64,000 nt of DNA from Aplysia californica. Its lineage: Eukaryota. The notes beneath the pieces were generated by a model. The model was not told where the DNA came from. It saw nothing but the letters and a program-made list of their open reading frames with translations, and ran no database searches. Where the stretch lies: positions 546,279-610,278 of the forward strand of contig NW_004797691.1 in the NCBI RefSeq assembly GCF_000002075.1, written 5' to 3'. The position numbers and the translations under genes were made by a program. Below, piece by piece: positions 11,901-24,309 of this stretch; position 1 is the stretch's first letter, and every line of letters begins with the position of its first letter.

Positions 11901-14900
11901 AAACCTCTACTAAGACTTAACTAACTGACCCCTGTCCTTTATCATGTGGGTGGTTGGAGGGCAATTCTGAGTAAGTCCCATACCTTTTTTGTTCACCCTG
12001 TGTTGTTTCTGTCTGTCAGTCTTCCCTTTTCCCTGCATTATATTACCATTATTGTGTGGACATACTTGTCTTTACTCAAACAAACGTACGTTTTGTGTGG
12101 ATGGTTGGTGGGTGCTCTGCTGTGGTTTGCTCCTTCATTCCTATAAAAACATCTTTACTCCTTATCTGTCCTCCTTCTTTGTTGTGTAAATTACTTACTT
12201 GTTGTAACACCCCTAATCTTTGGCACTCATATGATGTAATTGTGTTGCAAGTGGCGTAATACTCTTACTAAGTGGATGGTTGGCGGGTGCTCTGGTGTGG
12301 TTTGCTTTTTCTTTCCTATCAAACATCTATCATACTTATCTCCCCTCCTTCTTTTTTATGTTTGTTACTCTCTTGTAACACCTCTATTCTTCTGGCGCTC
12401 ATATGACCTTATGCAGTTGCGAGCGCCGTAAAACCTCTACTAAAACAAAAACTCTTACTAAAACTAAACTAAACTAAAACATTCTGCAGGAGTTCCGCTG
12501 TACTCTCCCATCTACGCGGCATCTGAGGGTCTGCTAGGTGTGAACATCTGGCCTGGTGTGCTGCCATCACGCTACCTACTACACCCGCGCACACAGTTTT
12601 TCGAGTTTATACCCGACTACCTCATGGATGAAGACCAGCCTCACACAAAGCTCATGCATCAGGTAGGTGCCCCACTGTTTTACTCATGTCTGTTGTATGT
12701 AAATCTTATGTATCATTGGCATCATCATAACACAATTGTCCAAGTCATTTTCTTCAAATCCGTAGCTATTGCTACATGTCAAAATGCCTGCTTTGTATCT
12801 TCAGTTTAGCAGAGTTTTGTTTTGTGCACTAAATATCCAGTTACTGAGACATTTTCCCTCTTGCTCAAGTCATAAAGTTGACTTAGGTAAGCACTGCTTT
12901 TAAAATTATTTTTTTAAGGTTTCTCGAAACAAAAAAAACGACTTTGGAAATTGTGCTATTTTGTGTCATATTTGTTTATATGGATAGTTGGATGGTTCTA
13001 AAGGTAAAAGCTAAAAAAAAATTCAGCATAAATGGCCATTATTGCATCTATGTGCAACTTTTTACTCGCATAGGAAACTGTTTTGTTCCTCAGAATGCTA
13101 TTGCTACTATATTCTTCTCCATCTTGAACCCCCCCCCCCCCAAATGTCACTGAAATGTGTGCACACTTTTGATTGCACTTTATAAGAATTTAGTTAGTAA
13201 GAGTTTTACGGCCCTCGCAAATGGTTCTGATTTGCAATCTAATTACACATCATGGATAAATATCTGAGAATGCTATCAGGTCTGCTGGGGTAATAATATA
13301 GATTGTAAAGTGCATAGAGCTTGCTGTTGAGCAGGAATTTGCATTATACAAATGCTGTCTATTATTGCTGTTTTTTCTTTTTCATTATTTCATTTGTCTC
13401 TCTTTTCCTCTGTAAAATTTCCCCTCAGGTTCAGGAGGGCCAGACCTACGAGCTGGTCATCACCAACCCCAGCTGCCTGTACCGGTACCGTTTCGGGGAC
13501 GTGATCAAAGTTGTGGGCTTCCACAATCAGTGCCCTATTGTGGAGTTTAAGTACAGGTACGTGTATTTTCTAGGGAACCATTTCCTGCTACATTTGTGCT
13601 TTGTGAGAGATAGGGACTCGAGTCGTATGGATTCTTTTGAACAGCTGCATCAATAGCTCAGTCAGTGTTAGTTTGGATGGTACAGATGTCCATAGTTCAG
13701 TTCGAATTGTTCTTCAAAATGGATCTTATAAGGAGTTTTTATTCCTGTTTCACAGATCACCTATCTAGGTTTATAGGGGCATGAAACCTGTATCGTATTA
13801 TAGCTTTTACTTTCTCTTGAAACATATCAAATTGATATGCCCAGGATTTTGGTGTACCCTTTTTCTTTGTCAGTGCTTTTCTAATCAAGCTCTTTCTGTC
13901 TATGAAAAAAACTTTGATAATTTACAGTTTACCACAAGATAACTGCCTGGTTTTATTTACTAAGAAAAGATTAGTTGTTAATTTTTCACACCTCCATAGA
14001 GGCCCATTCGGCATCGCTTAATCCGGCCCGCGACTTGAACATGCTTTCCCATATCCGCCTATCTTATGGTCCAAAGCAAGGAGAAAATTGGGCGTTGCCG
14101 AGTTCTCAAAAGTGAGATAAAAACTGACCCTATAACATCAAAAATGCTGCTCAATGGCATTTCATAAGATAAAATATTAAATCTATTGCTTCCAGGTGGG
14201 TGAGAACTACTGATTTTAATTTTCGAAGTGGACAGTTTGGTTTTCATTAGATATCAACCCACTGCAGGTCACATTCATTATTAATAACTGGGTTAACCCG
14301 CAGGCCAGACTGAAACTGCTCATGGGCTGGATCTGGCCTGCAGACTAGTTTATCCATGCCTGATTTAGATCAGTAGGAAGGTGTGTTGTTTTGACCCTGC
14401 CTATCTTGGCCGTTCTGGGCTGTAAGGAATACTAGGTCTGGCTGAAAAATTGAGATAATATTAAAATTTTATTTCCATGTTGGAATGGAATATTGTATTC
14501 TGCAGAGTGAGGAGCCAAACCTTTACACCACAAATTGTGATTGGAACAGATTAAGAAGATAGTAACTGTGGCAATGCTGAAAAGATGTAGAGAGAGCAGG
14601 CCCTCATGAACACACACTAAACGCCCCCATGAGTCTTGTTACCTCAGTGTAATATAATATATATAATGTCCTCATGCTGCTGTCTGAGGTGCAAAGTTTG
14701 TGAGCAGAGAATTTTTAGATTTTTTCCCCCAGACTTTATTCTACTTCTGTTTGAGGCACCATTTATGGTGTCTGTAACATAGAATGAGTAAATATTTTTT
14801 AAAGGAATTGTTTAATTTTGTTCATCCCATCTTTACTTTTGAGAAAATTTATTTAATTTATCCTTCCCATCTTTTTTCCACTATCTCGGGACACATTATT

Positions 14901-17294
14901 GTGAAATCTTAATTCATTCTCTATTTTCTTTGGGCACATTGTGTACCCCTCTGTAGAAAAGGCCAATTCCTGAATGTGCGAGGAGAGAAGGTCTCGGAGT
15001 CCATGTTCTACGAGGTGCTCAAGGGAACCATCACCAAGGTGTGGTCCAACGTGAAGCTTGTGGACTACTGCTGTATGGAGAGCGTTATTCTCGACCAGAT
15101 GGACGTGCCCAAAGGTGAGATTTTTCTCTTGCAGCGTGGCAGGGCTGCCTGCCATTTGGGTGAAGTTTAAGGTGGTCTGGAAATTCAAAGACATTTCTGG
15201 GTCAAGTTTACAGTTTTTATTCCAGTTTATGTTCTGAAAATGACAAATCCACTTAACTTATTGTACAGTTCTTAATTCAAGTTTATGTTCTCAAAATTAT
15301 AACGCTTCTTTACTTATCATACGCTTTTATTCCAATTTATGAATTTTAAATAATAATGTCTCTTTATTTATCGTGCAGTTTTTATTTCGTTTATAAATTT
15401 TAAAATGTAAACGTCTCTCTACTTATCTTTGTCAATCCAACCGTTCTTGGGGTTGTTCATTTTGGTCCTTACAAATGGGATAGAGTTTAATTTTTTAAAA
15501 TCTTTGTATCCCTTGGTAGCTCTCCAATTCCTGTCAAAATAAAACTTGTGTTTGATCACTTTTGCCGTGTACATGTATGTCTTTTAGGTCCGACATCTAT
15601 GGTGTTTGAAGCTAAATTTGAGGCTTAAAGAAAGTATACATGGTTTATAGAATCATTTGCATCCTTATTTATTGAAGAAATATTTTTTTAAATCTTGTAT
15701 TTATCTGACTTGTGGTTCATTTGTGTGAGGTTATTCACTCCTGTAATACGCACAATACAGAAATTATTTGACGTTGATGACTTAATGTAAACTCATGTAA
15801 GGACTCTTATACATTTTTCCCCCCAGGTTTTAAGACCTCTCAGCCATGTTACCATGTGTTCTTGGAACTGGAGGGATTAGACAGTACCAAGGTCAAAAAG
15901 ATTTCATCCAGTCAGAAGAAGATGGTGAGAGTTGATGTCTGTCTGTCTGCCAAATGCATCTCTTTGTCATTAGTGTTGTTGTTTTGATGCTTTAGTGCTT
16001 CCATATTAAAGATACAGTGAAATGTTGTTTTTATTAAATGTATTGAAATGGTTTCCTGAAAAAAGAAAAGCGAAAGAACAGCTGGTAGGAGGAATTATTG
16101 CAAAAGAAAAAAGAAGAAAAATAGTCATTATAATTAATAGTTCTCACAAGTGTGTTTGAGTGAAAGAGTTTAGTTCCTCTGTCTAAAATAAAGCAAGTAA
16201 TGTCACATTTAAACTTAATGTTTTTAATTATTATCAATCTTTTTCCTTAGTTAGACTGGTGTTTCTTGATAGTGAAAACTACAATACTGAGCAGTCTATT
16301 TATTAAGACATGTCTACCAGAGCTCAGGAGGGGATGCTGTGCTGCAGTGACCTTCAGTGATGTGTATATGTGACTACATTGTTTTGTTCTTTAAAAAAAT
16401 TATGGTGCTATGTGCTTAGAGCACTGATGGCATTGTAACCTATTTTTCTGGAAAATGAAGAATGTTAGTTTCTTTCATTTCTCCGGCATATTGGTCTCGA
16501 CCCAGAGCTCCCAGTGAGGTCAGTATCGCAGATACAGCAGACGTGTGGGTGGTTGGCGGGTGCTCTGGTGTGGTTTGCTCCTTCTTTCCTATCAAAACAT
16601 CTATCATCTCCATCTCCCCTCATTCTTTTTTTGTGTTTGTTACTCTCTTGTAACACCTCTAATCTTCGGCACTTATATGACCTTATTGTGTTGCAAGTGC
16701 CGTAAAACTCTAACTAAACCTAACAGCAGACGTTTTGATGTTTCTGTTTTGCTTTTTCTGAAACAAGACTAACTTTCTCTCTGTTGTTTCTGTTTGTCTG
16801 TCTGTCTGTCTTACTTTCCCCCCCGTACTAAATTACCTTTATGGTGTGGATATGCTTCTCTTCACTCAAACAAAAGCGGGGTGGTTTGGTTGGAGGGCGC
16901 TGCTGGTAGGTCCTACTTCTTTACTTTCCCTCTGTTGTTTCTGTTTGTGTGTCTTACTTTTCCTCAGCACTAAATTTCCATAATTGTGTTGATGTGCTTT
17001 TCTTTACTCAAACAAACAAACCAAACTCCAACAAACATTATAAAACCTTAACTTCGTTGTTGCTCCCCCCAGCTGGACGACTCGATGATGGTCCACTCGT
17101 ACCCGTACTCGTCGTTCCGCCACAAGGGCAGCATCTCTCCCATGCAAGTGCACCTGGTGACCCCCGGCTCCTTCATGGAACTGCGTCGGTTCATGCTGCA
17201 GGACAGCCCGGCCGCCTCCAACCAGTACAAAGTGCCTCGTGTCCTCCGACGACAGGAAGCTGTGCAGTTCATGCTCAAGCATGTCATTGGCTGA
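5892..17294 (+). CDS. GHDC: GH3 domain-containing protein (GHDC-like; GH3/ANL-superfamily acyl-acid amido synthetase), 10 coding exons, 614 aa: join(5892..5919,6326..6576,7243..7455,7977..8122,10229..10656,12490..12662,13429..13556,14957..15114,15827..15924,17073..17294)
   Basis: Exons join in frame through GT-AG introns (phases 1,0,0,2,1,0,2,1,0), total 1845 nt. GH3 motifs present: PLTRYDHY, TSGTSG..IP (motif 1), YAASEG (motif 2), FFEFIP, YELVITN..LYRYRFGD (motif 3), RGEK, C-terminal QYKVPR. An in-frame TAA lies upstream of ATG 5892. Confidence 0.92.
6326..6576 (+). CDS. GHDC: GH3 gene coding exon 2
   Basis: caacag| ... AAA|gtatgt; encodes LSLVGVSGLGYLAV...NIDTEYSKEFK. Confidence 0.9.
7243..7455 (+). 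CDS. GHDC: GH3 gene coding exon 3 (motif 1, P-loop)
   Basis: ttcttag| ... GAG|gtaggc; HPLTRYDHY, TSGTSGNSNIIP. Confidence 0.93.
7977..8122 (+). CDS. GHDC: GH3 gene coding exon 4
   Basis: ccacag| ... AG|gtgatt; IPIGPNSASP. Confidence 0.88.
10229..10656 (+). CDS. GHDC: GH3 gene coding exon 5
   Basis: ctccag| ... G|gtaggg; LLFAL, DIETG, KPNPTRA, LWPEL. Confidence 0.93.
11750..12480 (+). repeat. Cluster of three copies of a ~180-bp SINE-like repeat with an (ACTAA)n tail; other copies at ~16543-16722, ~21190-21372 and, inverted, ~24485-24665
   Basis: Shared GGTTGGCGGGTGCTCTGGTGTGGTTTG...CTCTTGTAACACCTCTAATCTT...TATGACCTTA...GCCGTAAAAC. Confidence 0.8.
12490..12662 (+). CDS. GHDC: GH3 gene coding exon 6 (motif 2)
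   Basis: ctgcag| ... CAG|gtaggt; YAASEGLLGVN, FFEFIP. Confidence 0.92.
13265..13370 (+). mobile_element. 3' fragment of the same SINE (related tails at ~23420-23510 minus and ~41200-41270 plus)
   Basis: ggtctgctggggtaataata...gcatagagc..gctgttgagc...tacaaatgct matches 29620-29705. Confidence 0.7.
13429..13556 (+). CDS. GHDC: GH3 gene coding exon 7 (motif 3)
   Basis: cctcag| ... AG|gtacgt; YELVITNPSCLYRYRFGDV. Confidence 0.93.
14957..15114 (+). CDS. GHDC: GH3 gene coding exon 8
   Basis: ctgtag| ... G|gtgaga; KGQFLNVRGEKVSE. Confidence 0.9.
15827..15924 (+). CDS. GHDC: GH3 gene coding exon 9 (not in the ORF track)
   Basis: tttttccccccag| ... ATG|gtgaga; PCYHVFLELE matches the GH3 P-x-Y-x-x-F-x-E segment; phases match both neighbours. 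Confidence 0.85.
17073..17294 (+). CDS. GHDC: GH3 gene terminal coding exon
   Basis: ctccccccag|; LDDSM...YSSFR...GSF...NQYKVPRVL; TGA stop at 17292-17294. Confidence 0.92.
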   Translation: MDDSMMVHSYPYSSFRHKGSISPMQVHLVTPGSFMELRRFMLQDSPAASNQYKVPRVLRRQEAVQFMLKHVIG

Positions 17295-17646
17295 ATGTCA
17301 TTGGTTGATACACATCGTTGGCTGAAAAACTTCATTGGTTGAGGCATGTTGTGGTTGAAACGCGTCACTGGCTAAAAACACATCATTGGCTGAAGAAGCT
17401 TGTCGTTGTTTGAAACGCGGTATTGATTGAACTTCATCATTGGTTGAAGCACATCGTTGGTTGAAACACATTATTGATTGACACAAGTGATTGGTTAAAA
17501 CTCGTTGTTGGTTGAAATACATCACTGGCTGAAGCATGTTATTGATTGAAACACATCATTGGTTGAAACCTGTCAATAGTTGAACTGCATCATTGGTCGC
17601 AGCACATCTTTGGCTGAGTGGTACAGGAAAAGCATGTCATTGGCTG
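17277..17646. repeat. 17-bp degenerate minisatellite (about 21 units) starting in the last GH3 codons
   Basis: Consensus AA(A/G)CACATCATTGG(T/C)TG; the first unit AAGCATGTCATTGGCTG encodes KHVIG and the start of the stop codon. Confidence 0.88.
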
Positions 17647-18452
17647 ATTGGTACAGCCCTTTTGACAGTAACTTCATAAAGTTGTATTAAGTTGTGTGTG
17701 CTTTCCCAACCAGGCTTTATTAATGCATTCTGTCTGGGGTTGTTTTTTTCTGGTTAATAATGCCACAGCTCGCCAACAACATTTTTTATGAGATAAATTT
17801 GCTTCTGGGGTGAGGATGTTTGGGTTATTTTGTGTAGGCAAAAACATGAGCAGCAGCCTGAAGCATCTGACATTTACTGCTACCTGTCGTGGCATGTGCT
17901 GTTCAGACAAAAGCCAATTCCATCAAGGCTTCTGAGTGATATTCATCTTTTGTCTCTGTTCAGTAATAATTACTAATATACATGTGTTCGTGAAATTAAG
18001 AAAGACTGGACATAAAATGGTATGCAGTGAAAATTAGAAATTTACAAAGTGGATATATTTTATTCAGTTGTTCGCTGGTTATATGTTGAGATGTTTTAAG
18101 TTGAGTCAGGTGGTGGGTTGTCTGTTTGTCATTCCATGTGATGCTCAATCTACTTGATCCTCGAGACGACAGTGTGCTGCCGTTGTGACACCTACTAGTT
18201 TTAGGGACTTGTTTACCTCAGGATGGGTTTTTCGTGGACCTGGTTTTCACAAATTTTCAGAATTAAAGTTTTCAGGCGAAATAATAATTTTAATGACAGG
18301 ATCATCAGGAGTTGGCAAGAATTGCATGCTTGTTTTTTACTGTCTCAGGTATTCTTGTGATATCATTATCAGTTTTACTAATACAGCGTAGTGTTAGTTT
18401 ATTGACAGAATGGTATAAGATCCTTTTTGTGCCAACTTTTTTTAACCATTAA

Positions 18453-18750
18453 CCCTTGACTGCTAACCACATATGCACCTCACATGCTCAGGAAAATTCT
18501 ACTGTGCACAAGACATCACTGGTCACTATCTTTAATTGATGTTTGTTCTCTTTTAATAAGAGACGGATCGGTACAACTGTATCAACAGAAAGAGAAATGA
18601 AGAGATAAATTCATCCATTGACCAGACCTGCGTATACCAAACCATAAAACACAGGCTTTAGCTGCCAGAGGAGATACGCTTGCACAGCACTGGGCGGCGG
18701 ATTATCGAGACGTGTGAGATGTGGGATACATTTACAGTGCAGTCATGGGG
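18453..18750. mobile_element. piggyBac-type MITE
   Basis: TTAA|CCCTTGACTGC ... GCAGTCATGGGG|TTAA. Confidence 0.7.
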
Positions 18751-21700
18751 TTAACTGTTAGATTAGAGTCTTCAATAAATAAAAGAATAAAAATATATGT
18801 GCTTAAGCATAGTCTGTTATCATAATAAGAAGTTACTTGAATGCTCATATAGGATGGGTCCAGGGGGATTCTGTTCCATTCCTCTCTCTAGATACAGCTG
18901 AAGTGTGTCATGATTTGTGCTTCAAGTCAGAAGCTGATTTCGTTGTTCTCCTGACTTTTCCTAACAGCTTTCTCTTTCAGAGTGTTTTTTGTTTTGCATT
19001 TGGCTTTTCCTTCCCTTGATTTCCGCATTTTGTTCCGTTTTGTCCTCTTTGCAGCCAAATGTTTGTTCTAGTTGTTTTCTTTCTCCTCCTCGAATTGACT
19101 GAACAATGATATTGTTTACTTTCTGTTTGCTGGGACATCATAATCCTCAGTTAGGTTTGGACCTGATAGGCAAAGTGGAAGCTGACGATTACATTTTTAT
19201 TTTTAGCGATCTGATATGAGGCGTATTAGTGCACCTAAGACTATCATCTAGCGCCTTGTTCCCATTTTCCTTTGCTTTTTGTTTCAGTACTCTTTCATGT
19301 CTTTTTGTCTTAAAATGTGAACAGCTTATCTGAAGTTGTGGCAGAAGGCTTCTTTTTGTAACTTAAAAGAATAGACCAGGTGCTTTGTCATATTTTACAG
19401 TATAGATGAGAGTGTTGATCCCATACCATACCGAACCTTTACACCTTAACGTACCATACTGCAGCCCACTATACCATACAATGCCTCATTGACCAGAGTT
19501 ACATTAAATTGCTGTTCAATCCATACTGCAGGACAGGAGGAAATAAGTTCTGAATGAATTCATGTTTACTCCCATGTTGCCAAATTAATTTGTTAGTTTA
19601 GGACTTTCATGTGAACCAAAGAAAATTATAAATCAGATTTTCCTAGAGGTACAGAGAATTTGAGAGCTTAAGAAATAAAAGCCACACTATATATTTTGCT
19701 TTATCTAGTTACATGAAGTAACTTGAGTTCAGATGTCTATGTGAGATGGATGTCACAATGTTTCTGTGATCATCTGATGAACAAAATATTGAAAGCTTGA
19801 AAATGCCATTGATGTAGCACTCAGCACAGTTTTTTTCTTTGTATTAGGTCTAGTTTATTCCCTTATATATTAAAGACTACAAATTATCCCACCTACTTTG
19901 TATGCTGTAGATTTTAGGATATTGAATGCTAGCTACTCTGACAACAAAAAATAAAAAGAAACTAGGGAATCCTAGCCAATAGAGCTTTCTTGATGTTGCA
20001 GCTTTCTACATAAATCATAAATAATTAAACACACTCTAGAACCCCCCCCCCCCCCCCCATTTTCAAATGCATGTTCCCTTAGACACTGAATACTGAAATA
20101 TCCATTTCTGTCATGACATGTGCACATGGAATCTTGGATGTGTGAAAGTCTGTTATCTCATCTGTGAGTGGGCAGGAGTGATTATTGTTTAAGTGTAGTA
20201 AGTGCTTAAGAAGAGCAAAAAGTGTTGGTTTGGGCTTTACTACCGCTATGTTTTGAAAGTGAGACAGTGAGAGTTGAAGTTTCTCTTCAAATCTTTGATT
20301 ATTTGTATTTCGTTTTGTATGATCATCAGAGTCTGCCAGGTCGGTTTCTTTTATTTGTTGTAGTTGATATTAAAAGGATGTTCAATGAAACGAAAGAGTA
20401 TTGGGCTTTTTAAAAAATACTCATACATGTCCTTCAAAGGTTTATAGTAGTTATTTTATATGTGAGATTAAAGTGAAATAAATATGCAGTCTTTATCTTC
20501 ATGGAAAGTTTCTGACTAGAAGTTTATGGTATTGACAGTTTAACAGTTTGATGACTATAGTACTGCTTTTTAATGTTCTTCGTCAAAGCGAAATAATTTT
20601 TTCATTCTCTGAGGTGGTCGTGTTTCATTCCTTGTTCCTTACTGGCTTTAAAGTTAACATTGTTGAGATGCGGCTCTAACCCTGTAACTGCCAAATTAAG
20701 TCAAACACTTTTTATAAAACAAACAAACAAAAACCTGTAATTTCTTTCTTTTTATCTTCCAGAATGGCTCAGATTTTGGCTAGAGTGTTCTTTTTGCTTA
20801 TTATATTATCACCAATTGTAACATTACGGTTGCTAATGGCTTATATAATATTGAAACAAAAAAAAATGTTTGACCTGTTTTGCAGATATACATGGTCAGA
20901 CTTGGGACATTGACGATGTTATTTTTCCTTTGCAGGTTGTGTTCTAAATTGTGTCTTGTTATTTTGTGTTTTATTGGCCTTAGTATTATATCTCCTATTC
21001 TTCTAGTGAGAAAATTCTGGTCACTGAAGTTGTGTTGAGAAATTTTCAGCTGCTGTTGATATACATGTACTTCGTTTTGAAATAAGGCAATTCCATGAAA
21101 AATGAAACTACAATGAAATACATAGTGCAGGGATGATGAACTGCTGAAAAAATCTTAAAGCGTTATAGAGCCGGGGGGTGTCAGAGGAAGTTTGGCGGGT
21201 GCTCTGGTGTGGTTTGGCCTTCCTTCATATCGAACATCTATCACCCTATCTCCCCTCCTTTTTTTGTATTAGTTACTCTCTTGCAACTCCTCTAAATCTT
21301 CACCAGCACTTGTATGGCCTATGACCTTATTGTGTTGCAAGTGCAGTAAAACTTTTACTAAAGCTAAAAACTAAGAGGAAGATTGCCTCTGTCTAAAGAA
21401 AATAATAAAAAATGGCTCTATCAGTGCTTAGAATTTTTTTTTCATCAAGTCATCATGTCATGTCTGTGTTGCCTGTGGTGTCTCTTCAGTTTCATTTTTC
21501 TTGGAGTGGCCCAGATTATTATTTTATGTTCTATTTGTAGCACACAATGTAGGTTGTTTCAAGAGGCTGGACCTATGTGGTAAACGTCCAGTCAGATATG
21601 GCGGGATCTCCATATCCCTCGTTGTTGTTGTACAGAACACTTTCCCCCTCCACAATCGTGCATTCCTTCCCACTGCCTTTAGCTTGTTTGATTTGTTTTG

Positions 21701-24147
21701 TTTTTTTGCTTGTTTCTTATTGCGCTCAGTAGATTCATCCTTGTTTTGACAACATTCTATTTGTTCTGTTGTGGTTTTATGGGTTATCTTCGTCGACATT
21801 TTAATGTCTAAAATGGGGTTATCTTTTTCAACATTGGAATGCCTGAATTTGTAATGTTTTATTTTGATGATTCAGTGCATTCAACATGTTAGCTTTATAA
21901 GCGATCTTTAATCATTTAAGGTGATCTACAAATGTGTACATATTTATTAGGATATTCATGTACCTTAGGATAAATGTTATTGAGTTGTGTCAACTTCAAT
22001 GAGATGTGTAGTGCCCCGAGTAAATGCTACAGTTGTCAGGTCATGACATTGTGAGTTGTAAACTCTCTCCCTTTCTTTTATTAGAAAAAGCCAAAAATAA
22101 CCCATTCTTTTATTCGTTTCATGGATCAAGGAGGTTGGTTCTAATTATAGCTAAAATTGTCCAAGATGGCTACCCGCTGTCAAGGAAAATAGTGTTTATG
22201 TAAGACAGGTGAACGTTTTGAACAGTGCCATTATAAATTTTTTTAATGCAAGAGGGAATGGTTATTTGTACAGGTGATTGTCTTGGACTTGTGGCTGTTA
22301 GAACAGGCTCAACTGCAGTTAAATTCTGTGAGTTCGGAGTTTTTAATTTACGAACGGAGGTGATGTTTAGAAACAGATAAGGAGATAAAAATTATAGCAC
22401 CCAACAAAAGGTTCACAACCCGTGTAAGGACAGTTTGTACACTGATACGGATAATTCTCTACCCTTTTCATCATTTCGATTACTGACTCGCTGAGGTGGT
22501 TTGTATACTTTGTATGAAGGCCTACTGTGTGACATTATTTTATGACGTATTCCAGTACAGCTTTTGAGTTTGTCAAAATTTACAATATAGAAAGGAATGT
22601 AATGTTAAACTGATACTTTAAAAGTTCGAATGGAAGGGAAGCACATGGATACAATGACTGTCATTTTTTAGTGCTGGGAAAAGATAAAACAGACAGATAC
22701 AATCAAAGCAGACATAATATAGCGAAGAAGTAGAAATCCAGCCAGCTGCTAGTTGGTAACTTCATTGAAACAACAAAGTCGTTGATCATTTTGATTCTAA
22801 TCTCTATGTTGATATTTTTTAGTCTGCGAATACCGCAAACTGCTTGAAAACAGCTGATGTGGTGTGTTGCATTCATGGTTTTTGGTGTTCTTTGAGTGTT
22901 AAATGTATTTAGGAACTTCCATTTGTATTTATTATATAATAATGTATGTCCTCTCTCCCTGTACTGTATATAAATTTCTTAACAAATGAAAGGGTATCTG
23001 TAGTGTACAGAGCATGTTGCCAATGCTGGTGAGATCCATCGAAAGCCATTCGTATTCTGATCCAGAATTGCCATTCTTTGAGGTTCTTTTATTATCCGGT
23101 CATGTTTTTAAGTGTGTAAAAATTTTGGGGTTTTTTTCACTGTCTTTGGAAGTCAAATTTCAATAGAAATGTGGTGTGACGGTGTATCCTGTGATTTGTG
23201 GAAAGAAACTCTTGTTTTCTTTTTTTGTTTTCTTTTTAAACAAAAAGAGTTTTGTCTTTTTAAGAATATGGTTATGTCAACTGCGATTCTCCTCAGACTC
23301 AAGGCCACACACATTCCTCACCCAGTGTCATTGTGTTTTAGTATTTGTGTACACATGTAGCAACACTGCAAAATGAGTCACATGTCACATTCTGACAATA
23401 TAACTCAATGGATATATTAATAATAATAGTAATAATAATAATAATAGATTGCATTTATATATAGCGTTCTATCCCGTACAAGTACATGTATAAGCTCTGA
23501 CCACTTTACATCCATGACATGATTACTGAGAATATGTCTCAATACACACAAGAAAAAACATTTCAAATAAACAAGAAAACCAGTTCAACCACATAAGGAG
23601 GAACTTTCTCAGCCATGCATTAATTATATACAATGTAGTAGGACAGCAGGATATCAAATTGAATATCTGTTCCAGCCCCTAAGTGTGGAGGGTAATACAA
23701 ATGTTATCACTGCTTTGAGTACAAAATTATAGATTGAGGTAGGGAGTCAGAAACACACAGCTTGGAGAAAATGGAGATATTGCCTTTTTTTATCTTGAAA
23801 CAACTGAGTGTGACAAAGGACTCATTTTGTCGCATTGCTACTCATTTTGTGTACACAATTTTACACATAACACTCATTCACATAGATTTTTCCAATTTTA
23901 TGGAGAATACTTTTCGTTCCGTGGTCTGAAATGCATGCTGTGTTGCTTTTTGCCAAGTGGATCTACTGTGATCCTTTAAAAAGTTTTTAGATTTGTTTGT
24001 TGCATAGTATGTTAGTTGAGTTTTTCTCATTTGGCTAACAGTAACACACAACAATTTATGTGGACACCCATGACTCTAGTCACCTTTTCATAACATAAAC
24101 TACAGTCCCTCCCCCCCCTCCCCCCAACCGCCGTTTGCATTATTATA

Positions 24148-24309
24148 CAGTGGAGTCCGCTTAAACCAAAGTCATCTGATTTTCTTTGGCTTTGCCAGGT
24201 TTTCAGTTTAGAGAGGTTGCCTAGATTGAAAGGAAAAAAGTGATTTTACTTTCTTTCAGTTTACTGCTGTTTTTGGATTAAGCGAATTTCGTTTAAGTGG
24301 ACTCCAGTG
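24148..24309. mobile_element. pogo/Tigger-type MITE
   Basis: CAGTGGAGTCCGCTTAAAC / GTTTAAGTGGACTCCAGTG inverted ends. Confidence 0.65.

Noticed and set aside
5892-17294. Recent horizontal transfer or contamination as the origin of the GH3 gene
   Set aside because: Nine canonical spliceosomal introns filled with host repeats; GH3-domain genes are already known in animals
17277-17646. Minus-strand ORFs 17298-17537 and 17048-17368 as repeat proteins
   Set aside because: By-products of a 17-bp (non-triplet) repeat and of the antisense strand of the GH3 exon; no splice or homology support
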